NCBI GenBank assembly: GCA_008632985.1
Contig: QPGO01000067.1
Location: forward strand, 62,001 to 126,000
Direction of reading: 5' to 3'
DNA: 64,000 nucleotides
Source: Psammoneis japonica
Lineage: Eukaryota
A program made the position numbers and the translations under genes. Positions 1-13,261 of this stretch are shown here, piece after piece. The notes below the pieces were generated by a model. The model was not told the DNA's origin. It did not search any database and saw only the letters and a program-made list of their open reading frames with translations. How positions within the stretch are numbered: the first letter of the stretch is position 1; the number at the start of each line of letters is the position of its first letter.

Positions 1-181
1 GTATATATAGAACCTCATAACTTGTAATCTTATTATATACATCATGCTCCAGTCGCGCGCGACAAAACGAAAATTCCAAAAAAAAAAGATTCGACATCGC
101 CCGCAAGCAGTCTACAGCAGCAATACCGGTAGGCCACAGCACCTTACTACTTTTTATCTCCATTTGCAGTGAACATCCACC

Positions 182-2229
182 ATGGCATCACCATCGACGG
201 ATGGTGCAGAATCAGCCTCGTGCATGTCATCATGCCTGCCTTGTTTCTCTCGACCAAAAAAGAAGTACAGAGAAATATCTACGCCACCGGCACACAAGCC
301 CCCATTCCGAAGAGTCTCCGTCTACGAAAGCGCTGTGGAAGCCAATGAGCTCACAGAGAACGAGTTGGCTGCTCTCAAAGAATTAGAGGATGCCGTCGAT
401 GGATCAAATGATAGAGATTCCATGTATTTTTTCGATGCAGAGGAAAGCATTGACGGCGTAAGCGCACAACCGGTAGCATCCGTGTCGTACCCACCAGCTG
501 CCTGTCCGGACCCGCATCCGCGTGCTTCGGTCGTCATGGACAATCCCTCTACTCTCATGGTGAGTACCAACAAGGCAAAGCCACAACGGGAAATAACAAA
601 ACGCCGATCCTCTATTGCAAGGCTTCTGAGAGCTCCCGCTGGTGCTACTGCTCCTACCTCGGTCGAGTTGCAAGGGTATCCGGGAGAACTAAACGAGAAA
701 GAAGTAGAGGCGGCATTGAAATTTCGGGCCGTGCTCAAGCAAAAGATTACCGAAGGAAACGATAACTCGTACAAAGACATGGTTCATGCTTTCAAAAAGG
801 CAGAAGAGGTAAGGCATGGAATTTTTGGTTCATCGTTGTCTTCGTCTGCCTCACCCGTTTGTTTGAATCCCCTTTAGGAGCCGTATGCCTTGTGCCGATT
901 CTTACGCTCCAGGAGCTTCAATGTGGAGGAAGTTATGAAAATGATGGATGAAGGGATAGAAACATGGAAAGACGGCGAGAGCCATGACTTTTATCCAGGT
1001 GAGTGGTGCACTGAGCCTCGGTGGAATCGTTGAAAATAGCATTCACACCGCGCATCAACTACCTTTTGTTCTTTCTTTTGCCAACTACTACAGATGTTGA
1101 AGAAGCTGTCGGAGCGCCAATGCCCGTCTTTCTGACACAATATCCCTTTCTTTATCACGGCAGTGCGAAGAACGGTTGTCCTGTATGTTACTTCAAGATT
1201 GGGAAGGTCTCTGTCGAGGGCATTGAGGCCATGACTGAGATTGACAATATTGCGGTAAATTTATGGGGCTTGCAGTCGACACATCATCATTGTTTCGCCA
1301 TGTCTCGCTTATTTATTTCTTTTTCTTTTCCACTCTGTAGAATATGTGTTGGAATATCATGATATTTCAGTTTCCCCAGCAGGTGATGAAGGCGCAAAAA
1401 CTCAATCCAGACCGAGTAGTCAGGTGAGAACCGGTTCCTCGTCTTTGATGAACTCGTATGCTTGATTCTGTTCAGACAATCTAAATCATTGGCTCTGTAA
1501 ATAGGTGTGAAGGAGTTACGGTATTCGATCTGGAAGGGCTGAGCTCGAGTAATATGAACTCGCGCACTTTGGATGTTTTGAAGAAGGTCATCGCCATCAA
1601 TGTTTGTTTTCCCGAGGTAAGACCAACTTTTGTTTTTGAGTGATTCATATTTCTTCATTTTTAAGCTTATGCTTTTCTCTTCTCAGGTGTTGAATGCCTT
1701 GGTTATCTTGAACGCACCTGGTTTCTTCTCTTGGGCATATAAGATTGTCAGGAAACTGCTCGATGAGCGAACAGCCAGCAAGATTAGTGTGTTTTCCAAC
1801 AAGGCCAAGGGCGACAAGTGGATGAAGGACCATATCGATACGAGTGAAACGCTCTCAGACTATGGAGGGACAGCATACTCGTTTGCCGAGGCTGCAAAGC
1901 GGCAAGGGAGTGGATCGGAATATCGTCGAGATCTTGCCGAGCTTTTGTCAGTTGCAAAGCGTGGGAAGAAGAAGTACACGTTTGAACTCAAGGGAGACGA
2001 GAAAGCCACAATCAAAATATACACCCGGGCGGCAGCTGGTGCGGATGTGACGGTATCAAAGGGTGCTGAAACGGTCAAATCAATGTCAATTGGTGAACAA
2101 GGTGCTCCCAAGCCCTTTTGCACAGACATCGCGTCAGATGTTGCTGGTGCGGGCAAGTTTGACGTTACGGTCAAATCCAAGGATGCATCTAACACAGCTA
2201 ACTTTTTGGTGGTTGTCCGAGTGCGCTAA
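182..2229 (+). CDS. CRAL-TRIO (Sec14-like) lipid-binding protein, 6 exons
   Basis: Exons about 182-808, 878-998, 1094-1254, 1341-1423, 1505-1616 and 1687-2229, all joined by GT..AG introns. Motifs: ALCRFLRSRSF (CRAL-TRIO N), KNGCPVCY, VFDLEGL, FPEVLNALVILNAPGFFSWAYKIVRKLLDERTASKI and LSDYGG. Confidence 0.85.
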
Positions 2230-2775
2230 CTGTGTTCTGCTTCTTTGCTGCAGCAAAAGATGCGGAATAGAATGTAGCGCCTTGGAGGAAACGACGATCG
2301 ACTCTAGAAAGCTATAGAGAGAGCTGTTCGTTCAGTTTGGAGAAACAAAGAGGAATGCTGAATAATAAGGCTCCTAAATTTGAATTGGAGGCGCTTAATG
2401 TAATTCATCTATCCCCTTTCATCCGTCAAGCAAAGCAATGCTATGCATTGCATGCATTCATACGCTCGCGCACAATATGGCTGTTTCTCAAAGCACGAGC
2501 CACTTCTCCGGATAGAATCATCATCCGTGAGACAGTCGGCTTCGCGTCTCTTGCGTAGCATCTGGTATTGAACCTACGTGGAACGTTGAGTTGTGGGCGA
2601 AATACTCAACACACCAACAACACGAGCACAAAGCACGAGCAACAACAACGCGGATTATCGTCAGCAGCAGCAGCGCCCGCCAATCAGAAGTTCGTTGGAG
2701 ATTGGAACCAAGCTTCTTTCTGCATACACCAAACCAACGTTACTCCCTTGGGCGACCCGTAGTGCCGCCTAGGAA

Positions 2776-3764
2776 ATGAAGAAGCTGTTTAGGAATCGAA
2801 GAACAAGGGAGACAAGCATACAGGAGACGTGCAGCAGGAATTTGAGACGCCCGACAACGTTCCGGTTCCTCAAGAAGCATACGATCGAGCCCCTTCAAGT
2901 CGAGTTACTTACCAGCAGGGATCATCGCCACAGCTACAGCAACAGTACAGTCAGCGTCAACAGCAACAGCAGTATCAGCAACAGCAAGTTCAGTATCAGC
3001 AGCAACACCAGCAGCAGTACCAACAAGCTCCTCCTCCTGCTGCCAGCGGCTCCCCCAGGGCGAACCCACCCAGAGCTAAGACCACAACGACAGTCAGGAA
3101 CATCCCGGCTCCCTCACAGACTTCTGTACGACAAGTTCCTCCTCCGGCTTCGTCTTCTGTCCAGCAACTTACAGCCACCACTTCTCCCGCAGTGAAGCAA
3201 GCTCCTCCTGCTGCAGTGAACTCAGTCAAGGACGCACCTTCTTCTCCAGCCGGTACAGCAAGTATGCCACATTCTTCAGGAGGTCGTAATAGACACCCGG
3301 CACCCACCGCGGCCATGGGTCAGAGTGTATCCCACCTTCCAACCAACGATGCTAATGTAACGAGGGAGGTGGTGAAGAAGTTTATCGCTGATATTTGGAA
3401 CCGGGGCGATTTGGATTTGATTCCCGAGGTTTGTCATCGTAGTCTGAGGTTTAACGGAAGTGTTGGAATGGATCGCGTTGGACATGATGGATTTGCCCGA
3501 ATGGTTCAAACCATTCGAGACGCTCTGTCGGATTATCACTGTGAGATCCACTCCATGGTGGTGGAGGGAAACAAGGCCTTTGTTCGGATGCGTTTTACGG
3601 GACGCCACACGGGGGCTCTTTTGGGCTTTGAGCCCACGGGAAGGCAGGTTGCCTGGATGGGAGCATCCGAATTCACAATTAAGGATGGAAAGATTCTCAA
3701 GGTGTGGGAACTTGGCGATGTCAAATCGCTGGAACAGCAGCTCTATCCCGAGGATGAAATGTAA
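2776..3764 (+). CDS. SnoaL-like/ester cyclase domain protein with Q/P-rich N-terminus
   Basis: The C-terminal domain (VVKKFIADIWNRGDLD..VVEGNKAFVRMRFTGRHTGALLGFEPTGRQVAWMG..IKDGKI) is of the SnoaL type. ATG 2776 joins the long frame only if one A is restored near 2799 (cgaag->cgaaag). Confidence 0.75.
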
Positions 3765-4300
3765 CGAGTGTCGATTATGGGTTTTTGTGTTTGAGCAAGC
3801 GGAGATGGTTTTCCTGTACCCTTTTTCTTTTAAAAATGGAAGCCTTCTTCGTTTTTATGTGTCTAGCGTGTAGTGTATAGTAGGTTTCGACGAAGATATC
3901 AATCGCATTGAATGCTTCCGTATTTGAGAAAAGCTACGCTGCTCTTCAGCGCTTCAGTTTACTCCAACTCTACTAGCGGTAGGATTTCAGATTTATCCAC
4001 TCGAACACAGGGGGGCGGTAGGATTCCTACTGTACAGGATAAGGAAGCATGATCATGTGAGGATCTCCAGTGTATCTTCATCAGATTTGACGCCAAATTG
4101 AAAATGACGAGTCACGAGCGGGAGTGATGTTGCAGTTGGCGATAATCAACATATACATAGTTCAATACTTTTGAAATTTTGACATCGACTTTTCTCCCTC
4201 CAACGCAAAAAATAATATAGAAAACGCGAACACACGACCACCAGTGACCGTGAGGAATGGTGACAGCTGTCTTTACTTCATCAAGAGAAACGGCGTCGCC

Positions 4301-7028
4301 ATGTCTAAGTGCAACGCTTGCTTCGACATGACGAACACCAGTACATGTATCGTCCAAGAACCGCAACTCTACAATGAAGGTCCCATGGATGAAACAGTGG
4401 CTAATTTTATGGGCCTTCCGACACCGAGGGAGTTTCATAATTTGTTAGTCGAGGACGACAGAGTCGATGTGTTGATGGAGATTGTCTCGGCGTTGAACCT
4501 CGCTTCCGGTTGGAAGGAATCGGTGATCCCTACTGCGTGATTCATGTTGGAAACGAAGGCATTGTTCACCGGACAAGTACTATTCGCAATGATGCAGATC
4601 CCATCTGGACAGTCAAGACACGGGGTCTGTGCATCATTCGAATACCCGAAACTAATGCCGCTGAAACCACTCCTCAACAAGATGAAAAGTGCGTCGTGAT
4701 AGAAGTGTGCCACGATGGGGCCATTGCTGGTCGTAAATGCTTGGGAGTGGTCGCTGTTCCTTTTAGTGAGGTCCTTAGAAAAACTGGTGAACGCGAAGAG
4801 TTCCCTATTCGGGCAAAAACAAGTAACTCCTCTGACGACGAAATCCGAGGGACTCTGGCCCTTCGGTTCAAACGTGCTACTCCAGAAGATATCCAATTTC
4901 TTCGACCACCCACGAAATCTATGTTTCGAGACATTGTGGTACCAGCAGAGAAATATCAGTCCTCAGACATACACTTCCAATATGTATCGACAAGAAACGT
5001 TTTGAAGTCCCAGAAAAAGACTGGGCGGGACAGAGTCAAGCTATTTCGTGTCCAACCAGGTCCAGATCCAAAGCGAGTGGAGAAAACCACGTGGATGAGC
5101 AAGGAGGCTCTACATAAAGAAGCGCTGAAGCCGTCTAGTCGATGGGTGGAGTCTGGATGTGGCGAGCTTGGCACCGTATATGTTGAGATTATTGGCGCCG
5201 ACAATTTGCCGAATCTTGATCTTGGTGTCGCGGGCGACGTCACCGACCCATTTGTGGGTTTGGTAATGGAAGGTAGTTTCCTACGGAGTACTATCATTCA
5301 TGATTCGTTAAGTCCGAGGTGGATGCCATGGTCTACAAGAGCTTTTGCATTCAACGTGGCGCATCCAAGCTCGCTCCTCATGATTGGAGTGTTTGACTAC
5401 GACTCAAATCCACTTGACATGCATGACCCTGTTGGGCGCATCGTGATCAATACTTTCAACTTTACGTCACACACATCCTACTTACTACGGTATAACTTGC
5501 AGGAGGATCTGCAAAAAGAGAAAAGTTGCGGGACCATTCTTCTTCGTCTGCGAATCGAATGGCGTAGCGAAAGTGAAGCAATCAAGAAGTCCTTCAGTAG
5601 GCCACCACGGTTTTTGATCAATGTCGGATCACAGAAGTCGCTTAGTCTGCTGCGATACCTTTGTCGCGGTAGCGTCAATCTGGAAGAGCCATCGATGGAA
5701 TCTGTCAAGTACTACGCCAACGAGCTCAAGGGATACGGAAAATCGATTTGCTATTGCATTGACGTATTGGCAGAGATTTTGTTGTGGCGAGGTCGCGCCA
5801 AGTTTCTGGGGATGGACGTTTGGTTTCCTATCCATTCAGTAGTGCTTTTCCTTGCGGCGGCTACTTGTATTGAGTTTCCAACCATGATTCCAGTCATTTT
5901 CTTCTACACTGTTGCATGGATCATGATTGCACTGAATCACAGCTGCAGTCATAACCCCTATCCATGGAAGCAATGCAAGGTATGCTCTCGTTTGTTGATG
6001 GTGTGGGTGAGCTACCTTGTAACTCAATCGTATCTCATTCCGTTTTTGTCGCTACTAAACTCATACTTTCTAGTCGGTGCACGAAACCAATATGATCATG
6101 ATGACGGGTCGCAAGTTTCGTCAATCGGAGCGCATTGTCCCTTACCAAGGAGTTGAGGAAGAGAATGCTTTGGATGCCCTGGACGAGGTCAAGGCAGAGC
6201 GTGTTGCTGGCTTTCTGACCGATGCCAAAACCGTCGGTTTGAAAGTCAAGAATATTTACAACAAAACAGATATGAACAGTGAGTTGAAAAGTATTTGCGA
6301 TGATTGTCGGTTGCGTTCAATGCTCAAAGAATCATGCTCTAAATTTAGGCTACAACATCGACACCGAGGACAAGAAGTGGACATTGTTGGGTGGGCAGCT
6401 CTATTACGTGCATAGTCTTTTATACACGCTGTGCACAAATTTTCGCATGTTTCGCAACCTTGTCAATTGGAAGGGATACACGAGTCACAAGCTCACAATG
6501 ACGTGTTTTTGGGTTGGGACGATCTGGTTGATTTTGCCCATGCAGTCGACATTTATCTGGGTATGCCGTTTCTTCGTCTGGACTTTCTTGGGGCCGTGGA
6601 TGAAGCTTGTTGACATTTTTTATGTTCATCCCCACTACCGTACAAAGGCAGAGCTTATGGCGGACCCCAAATTCCACGGAACGAGCGTGGAATCATGGCT
6701 AGCAAGTGACTCGATGAGGAAGATGGGTGTTTCCGCTCGAGTCGCCGCAGAGGATGCGTTGAAGCTCAAAGATATGCGAGAGTACAAGTTTGGTCGACTG
6801 AGCCAGCTGATTCCAGCTTACGACACCTCTCGCTATGCCAGTGTTCCGCTGCCCGACTCGACAGCTGTTCCGTATCGGACGTGTGCCGAATCGAGACGTG
6901 CCAAGGCCGTTGAGGCCTTTGTGGACTTGTCCCCGGAAGAGCAAGAATGGCATTATGTGCCTGGTCAGAAGCTAGAAGGACACATGGTGCCGCATGTGAA
7001 ACGGACAGCAGGACTCCGTGCTACATAG
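4301..7028 (+). CDS. Multiple C2-domain membrane protein
   Basis: Two C2 domains (EIVSALNL..DPYCVI..ADPIW; VEIIGADNLPNLD..TDPFV..LSPRW..GVFDYD..HDPVGR) followed by hydrophobic helices. Introns at about 5980-6073 and 6279-6348. There is a one-base frameshift near 4510. Confidence 0.75.
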
Positions 7029-7436
7029 GCCTCGACGATTTACTCGTGAACTGATGTCTTCAGCATCCAGAACATGAACTGTACTTGTACGGTACCTGGT
7101 TGGAGGGTGCAAATAGATACAGTGAAGAAGTATACAACGATTTAAATAAACATTAAGCTAGAGACAAGGTAGAAATTTGGGTCAGGATAAGTTTGTGCCG
7201 GATTCATACGATCAATAGTCTCAAGGGATAACTACCTAAACTAGAGACGAATAGGCATGCATACTTTTCCTGTATAGATTCGAGCAATTGACATGTTGGC
7301 TAAATTTCGAAGCTAAGTAGTGACGAATGCTAGCGACTTAAACATTTAGGCAACAGCATCGTCTACAAAAGTTGAATTGGAACATTTTCTTCCCCTAATG
7401 TCTCATTGCATTCGCCGCAGCAAAACCAGTCAACAA

Positions 7437-8262
7437 TTAACGGACGTAGATGGCACTGTCAATAAAATCATTGAAAAAAACGTGAGCAGGTTGCATCATG
7501 AGAAAGTGCAAAGAATAAACAAATAGGAACTTACGCGCTCTTGGTTCGCACACGGTAGTCGTAGTCCGAGGAGTATCCTTGTCCGTACGAGTTGTCGATG
7601 GAAGGAAGTTCGCCGATTTCGTTGGTAGTGATGTAATCGTTGTATGCCGACTTAAGGGCACCCTTGTCTCCGGCCCTGATGGCAGCAAAGATTGCGTTAG
7701 TCTTTTCAACGGCAACTGCCTTCTTGGCCTTATCCTTGGGGTAAACACCAGAGTTGAAAAGGATAAAGGCGGTCTTCTCGTCAGCAACAGCATCGAAGTC
7801 ACCCTTGGAAACAGCATCGGCAAGAGCGGCGATGCGGTTTCCGTAAACACCTCTGGCACGACCAATGGTAGCAGCAGAAATGGCACCATCAGCAGAAGCA
7901 ATAGCAGGAAGTCCAGCGACACCGGCGGCAGCAACCGCGACCTGTCCAAAGGCAACACGACGGTCGACCTCCATGTCAAGGGCGGTGCTCGCACGCTACA
8001 GAAAAGAATAAAAAGACCAACAGAGTCAGTTGCTGAGGAAAAATATTTCTTTCACAAAATGCTTCATCCTGGAAAGGTCAGATTCACTTGGAACAATAAC
8101 CTCGAACGCTGTCATTACAGACCCGACCATGATGACACAAAACCGGCACAGTTCCTTCCAAAAGAACTAGGCATTTGACTTAAGACATACCGACGCGGTG
8201 GAAGGAGCGAAAGCAGCGGCCGAGGAAGCGGCAAGGGCGGCAACAAGGAGAGAGAACTTCAT
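7437..8262 (-). CDS. psb31: Photosystem II extrinsic protein Psb31, 3 exons
   Basis: Exons 8262-8191, 7995-7535 and 7455-7437. Bipartite presequence MKFSLLVAALAASSAAAFAP plus a lumen signal. Mature protein DGAISAATIGRARGVYGNRI..EKTAFILFNSGVYP..SDYDYRVRTKSAAIYVR. Confidence 0.88.
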
Positions 8263-8627
8263 CGTGACAACAATTCAGGGTGAGAAAGCTTGTGGTCGCA
8301 ACGTCAAAGTCGAAGTCAACCCAAACAAGCCACGTAGAACTCTGGTACAAAACGTCGTAGCTTTCGGAGATACCTTCAAGAATCTGATGTTCAAGATCGG
8401 CGTCCGTCCGTCTCGCATCTGCGAGTCAGCGACGGCTGCCGTATAAGTTAGTATTACTTCTACATACGGTAACTTGACGACATCATTCCTGGTATTAAAG
8501 ATTTGCCTTCAATCTCAAGTCACCGTGGAAATTCTACGCACGACATGTACTGCGGCCGAGTGCGAGTGACGACTACAAACGGTCGAGAGAAAGGTATTAC
8601 ACGTCTTGTGTGCACTATTCGACGAAG

Positions 8628-9320
8628 ATGAAGACCTCCGCCGCCGTTGCTTTCGTGTGCCTTGTGGCCTCTGCCTCCGCCTTCACGGCACCCAACTTCG
8701 CTACCCGTGCTGTTGGCAAGAAGGCCCCTGCGAAGAAGGCTGCTCCCAAGAAGGCCGCCGCACCGGTGAGTTGGTCGCCTTTCCTACTTTTTGCGTCGGA
8801 GATGTTGGTGTTCGTTCATGCTGAGCTGTTGAATGGTGTCTCACACTTTTGAATCGTCTCTTTTGTTTCGTTTCATTTCAATTTATAGAAGGCCCCTCCG
8901 GCATCCAAGGGATACCCCAGCTTTGATGTGTCGAATTTCAAATTCAAAGGTATCTCTGGCGGCGGAGATAAGGCGCCTCCTGTCAACTGGGTCGTCCCTG
9001 ATTTTTCTGATCCCAAGCTTCAGAAAGAGCGTGACCCTGAGTTCTACGCCGCTGCTGCCAAGACGAGATTGGCCAAGTCACCCACTGACTTTGTCTATGA
9101 TGATGGTCTTACTGAACTTGAGCGCAAGCAACGTGTGACAATCCCTGAATTCCTTACCGGATCGGCCAAGAGCCAAGCTGATACCAGCACCATCCGTTCG
9201 GACATTGCTGGTGAAGACTTTGCCTTTGGTCTTAGCGCCGATCGCTTCCAGCTTCTCTTCATCACCGTCTTTGGTCTCTTCACCCTTGTCGGAACCCTCT
9301 CTGGTGCCGTCCAGCTCTAA
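8628..9320 (+). CDS. Plastid-targeted small protein with one C-terminal transmembrane helix, function unknown
   Basis: Presequence MKTSAAVAFVCLVASASAF. In-frame intron 8766-8888. C-terminal hydrophobic segment FQLLFITVFGLFTLVGTLSG. Confidence 0.75.
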
Positions 9321-9659
9321 TTTGTCTGTTAGCTTTGCACTAAAATAAACGGCTTAAATAGAGAGTGATTTTCTGCTGTGATGATGTTGCCGTACCAGGT
9401 ATTAACAATATTCTAGCGTCCTCATTTGCGCGAGTGACTACTTTGGAATAGTTTAAATATTTGCAGTTGTCGAGTAGGGCTACCGCAATGCTCTGCCTTC
9501 CGTGCGGGGAGATTGAGGTGGTGTGGTCTCAACGTTCGCGAAATAAAACTCTACTCTCTAGTGTAGGAAGTCCACACTAATAGAAGGTACACTTTTTGAA
9601 TGCTTTCGATTGGCATGATTCTGTCGTCATTACGACAGGTCGTGACAGTTTGCTACGAA

Positions 9660-10440
9660 AATGAAAGCTGCCGCCATGGTGGTCCAGGAACGACACATCA
9701 AGACAGTGCAACTGTCACTTTGACTGCGTCTGAGCGGTCACATTTCAACTCTCACTAGGAAGTCAACAGACAAGAGAAAAGAACAAGAAGGTGCAGCATT
9801 GGATTCTAGGTCGTGTCAAAGAGAGAGAAAATCCTTGAGTGGACCCGAGTTCCAGTGATCTGTCGACGATGTAGGATGATTTCAATGGCAAAAAAAGAAG
9901 TTGCATGCTTCCGTTCCTAAATTCTACCACATCTGTTAGAAAATAAACTGGATCTGGATGTGCAAGAACAGTGCTGTCACTGCATCCAGCTCAAACCCAC
10001 TTCTTCAAAAGAGTGGAACCCCAAGATGTTTTCGATTTGTGCATCATCGCCTTGCCACTCACTCTGCAGGAGCCCACCGGTGCACACAGAGACTCTTTTA
10101 AAAGGCAGATTAGTGAGAACCGATCTCTCTCCTCTTGACGAAAACAGTGCACGTGCGAGCCTTCCACGGCAAAGCATTTTGTGACTTGTTTTTTGTTGTG
10201 TCGAGAATTTGTCCTTTTGCGCGCATCTTGTGAACAAACAGTCATTGCACATCTTCTAATTTAAAAAGAAAAAGATGATATTTCAAAAGTTTCAACAGGC
10301 AACCTTGGCTCCTCTGGAGTCACTGGTCCCTGCCGCATTGTCTCTCAAAAACGAGTGACAGGAGAAAACAGGAAAACTGAAAAACCGTCACGCACGACAC
10401 CTCTGCCCTCGTCTTTTGCGCAGATGCTGCAACACTCGAG
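9660..10440. other. Small TpA-depleted intergenic block (weak hypermutation signature)
   Basis: Very few TA dinucleotides compared with the TA-rich flanks. CG is partly retained. Confidence 0.5.
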
Positions 10441-10998
10441 CGCTATCCCAATTTTTCCAACCTGCCTGGATTCTTTATTTGACATAATGCGTTTGACCAT
10501 TGTCAGTTCCTTGATCGTTCTTCACACACACTCTTGCGATTTTGTGAAGGGCGAGTCGTGAGCGTTTTGTTATCGATTTTTGTGTAACGCAACAGACATT
10601 TCCATAAATTTTGTTTAGACGATAATTTTCCGTTCAACCGAAGAAAGACATTTTCCGATGAAAAATACAGTATCGTTTCATGAAGCATCCATAAAATCAT
10701 GCTTGTTAATACAGTACTTACCTTGGTATTCGTAAATCACAAAATCATTACTGGAGGAGTATCATTTCTAATTTACTATCATTTAACTCTGTATATATAG
10801 ATAAATTTCAATTTTTATATTCAATCTACAGTACATTCCCAGAGCAAGCCAAGACTTCTTCCAGTACAAGAAAACACGTAGAATCGACGTGGCGGAAGTC
10901 CGCGCACATCATCAGCTCTGTCACCTAGAGTGAATAAACTTCTCAACGCTCTCAACAGCAAGTGGGAGCGGAGGAGTCGTCTTTCTTATTGTACGAAC

Positions 10999-12786
10999 AT
11001 GTCTCGCCGCACCATGAAACAAGAACGACGGAGAGTAGCGGCATGGGATTCAGCCGATGGAGGAGCATTGAGTCGAATTCGGAGGCATCAAAAGCACCGA
11101 GAGCGAATGGATGGAGCACGCGAAGCGGAAGCTTGGTTGCTAAACAACAAAAACCCGTCAACCCCGTCAACTGTAGCATCGACACCGTCGCCGCCGCACA
11201 GCAGGAGCGATCCGTTGCCTAGTGCTTATTTAGACACAATATCATCTGCCTTTGGCCCAAATGTCGATTTGTACGAGTTGTTAAAGATCGATCGGCATGC
11301 GAGTGACCGGGACATTCGAATTGCGTACTTTCGTCGGGGGAGAGAGGTACTGACTGACAACTCAACTTCTGCGTCGGCAGCAGCCATGTCGGTTGGGTGT
11401 GTCTCGGAAGAAGCAAAGATTCGGTTTCAGGCAGTATCCATGGCATATGAGATTCTCTCGAATCCGGCATGGAGAAAAGAATATGAACAACAGACTCGGG
11501 ATTATTATGCAGTTCCGTATGCGGTAGACTACCGGTCTCAGTATATTGAGAATACCCCCACGTCAGTGCCTCGATCTCGGTCTATTCCAAACCCACCCAC
11601 GACAGTGTCTTTTGCAAAGCGATCGGGAGTGCGATGGAATGAGGAGGTGGAGGAACTGGTGTTTAATCAGGATCCTCGCGAGTTTGACTCGTCGGAAGCG
11701 GGGGTTTGTGGGGACCAGCCTCGCGAGAAAAAGTCGAAAAAGCGCAAAAAGAAAAAGCGAGTGGTGGTGGGAGATGACGAGGCTCTGGAAGATCACTTGG
11801 CAAAGCTCGACGAAGTCGCAGACCACGACCCATTCAACGACTTTTGGGATGATTTGGAAGCGAGTATCGATGGTTTGATGAGTTTTGGAAGTAAAGTGAG
11901 CAGAGGCAGCACAAGTTCGAGCAGCAGCAATCAAGATGAAGTGGCGGTTGCTTCTGAAACAAAAAAGGGCACCCCACGTGTTGCAACCCCACCTCCGCAG
12001 CATCAAGCACTCGAAGAAGCACGGTCACCGGTGCCGACAGTAGAAAAGTCTTCGGTCTCTCGTTCAACCTTTGAGGCGGAAGACATACCAGACGACGAGA
12101 GACGAACATCTTTGGAGCCTGCCGCAGGCAAGGAAAATGTTGAAGAGACTTCAGGCTTGCCACAAGACATTGTTATCGACCCTCAAGATGTTGATGTGCA
12201 GCCTCCATCGAATATTGCTTTCAAGTCACGCCAGCCTGTCCACACAGACGACGACGACTCGGTTAGCACCATGAGTGTTACGACGGTAGGTCGGAGCTCC
12301 CAGAGAAGTACTGTTCAGAGTGCGCCTCGGCTGTCCAGTGTCTCTGAGGAGGCCCTTCGGGATTTGGCGGAACATGAAGGAGAATGGGCGCTCCACAAGA
12401 CAAGAGAACCCCTTTTGGACAAGGACGAAGGGGGCGCCACTACAGTTACCAAGGCATCAGGCGCTTCGAGCGTGTCGACAACCGAACTTGATTGCATCAA
12501 TTGTTGCTCCTCCGACTCGCAAGCATCCGAATCACGTACTCAGGGTGACGCGACTCAAGACAACAAAAAAGGGGGAGAAGTGGCCATCAAGGACGAGACG
12601 TCGGCTGTGTCTGACTTCTTCTACCACTTGTACTCGTACATGCAAGCCTTTGCTAAGGAAGTGTCACACGTGGCGGAGAAGCCAGCATCCATTTTTGATG
12701 GGGTAGCATTGGAAGGGGACGACTTGGAAAGCTTTTTTGGGATATTGCGGACGGAATTGGGACAAGAACCGCAGAAAAAGCAATGA
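10999..12786 (+). CDS. J-domain-like protein lacking HPD, with a long disordered C-terminus
   Basis: DLYELLKIDRHASDRDIRIAYFRR...RFQAVSMAYEILSNPAWRKEYE within a long ORF. The start codon is uncertain. Confidence 0.7.
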   Translation: MSRRTMKQERRRVAAWDSADGGALSRIRRHQKHRERMDGAREAEAWLLNNKNPSTPSTVASTPSPPHSRSDPLPSAYLDTISSAFGPNVDLYELLKIDRHASDRDIRIAYFRRGREVLTDNSTSASAAAMSVGCVSEEAKIRFQAVSMAYEILSNPAWRKEYEQQTRDYYAVPYAVDYRSQYIENTPTSVPRSRSIPNPPTTVSFAKRSGVRWNEEVEELVFNQDPREFDSSEAGVCGDQPREKKSKKRKKKKRVVVGDDEALEDHLAKLDEVADHDPFNDFWDDLEASIDGLMSFGSKVSRGSTSSSSSNQDEVAVASETKKGTPRVATPPPQHQALEEARSPVPTVEKSSVSRSTFEAEDIPDDERRTSLEPAAGKENVEETSGLPQDIVIDPQDVDVQPPSNIAFKSRQPVHTDDDDSVSTMSVTTVGRSSQRSTVQSAPRLSSVSEEALRDLAEHEGEWALHKTREPLLDKDEGGATTVTKASGASSVSTTELDCINCCSSDSQASESRTQGDATQDNKKGGEVAIKDETSAVSDFFYHLYSYMQAFAKEVSHVAEKPASIFDGVALEGDDLESFFGILRTELGQEPQKKQ

Positions 12787-12881
12787 TGTTGCTGTATCAG
12801 CAACATACGACAACGTCAATGGGGTTGACTATTGTTGTCCACGGATGGAAACTATTTACTGAACCAACTGGCGATTGTAAT

Positions 12882-13261
12882 AAGTATCTGTAACTCATAT
12901 TCTATATCACGTGTGTGTGTATTGAATTCTCTAGCGACACTTTCGTTTCACTCTTTCCAACTCCCATCTACTGTAGTCCTTGACAAGCTTGGCCTCCCAT
13001 CTCTTGGTCGAAGTCACGCGTTCCTTCGCTTGCGTGGTGAGTTCAGGCAGATTCCCCGTTTTTACTAAACCAAGTCTAGAGAGCGATTTAAAAAGTATCT
13101 GTAACTCATATTCTAGATCACGGGTGTGTCTATTGAATTCTCTAGCAACACTTTCGTTTCACTCTTTCCACTGCTCATCTAGTCCTTGACAAGCTTGGCA
13201 CGTTTGGCCGAAGCCATGCGTTCCTTGGCTTGCGTGGTGAGTTCAGGCAGATTCCCCGTTT
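12882..13261. repeat. Tandem duplication of the UCH37 3' end and 3' UTR (12882-13061 vs 13093-13261)
   Basis: Both copies contain aagtatctgtaactcatattcta...agtccttgacaagcttggc...gcttgcgtggtgagttcaggcagattccccgtt. Confidence 0.9.
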
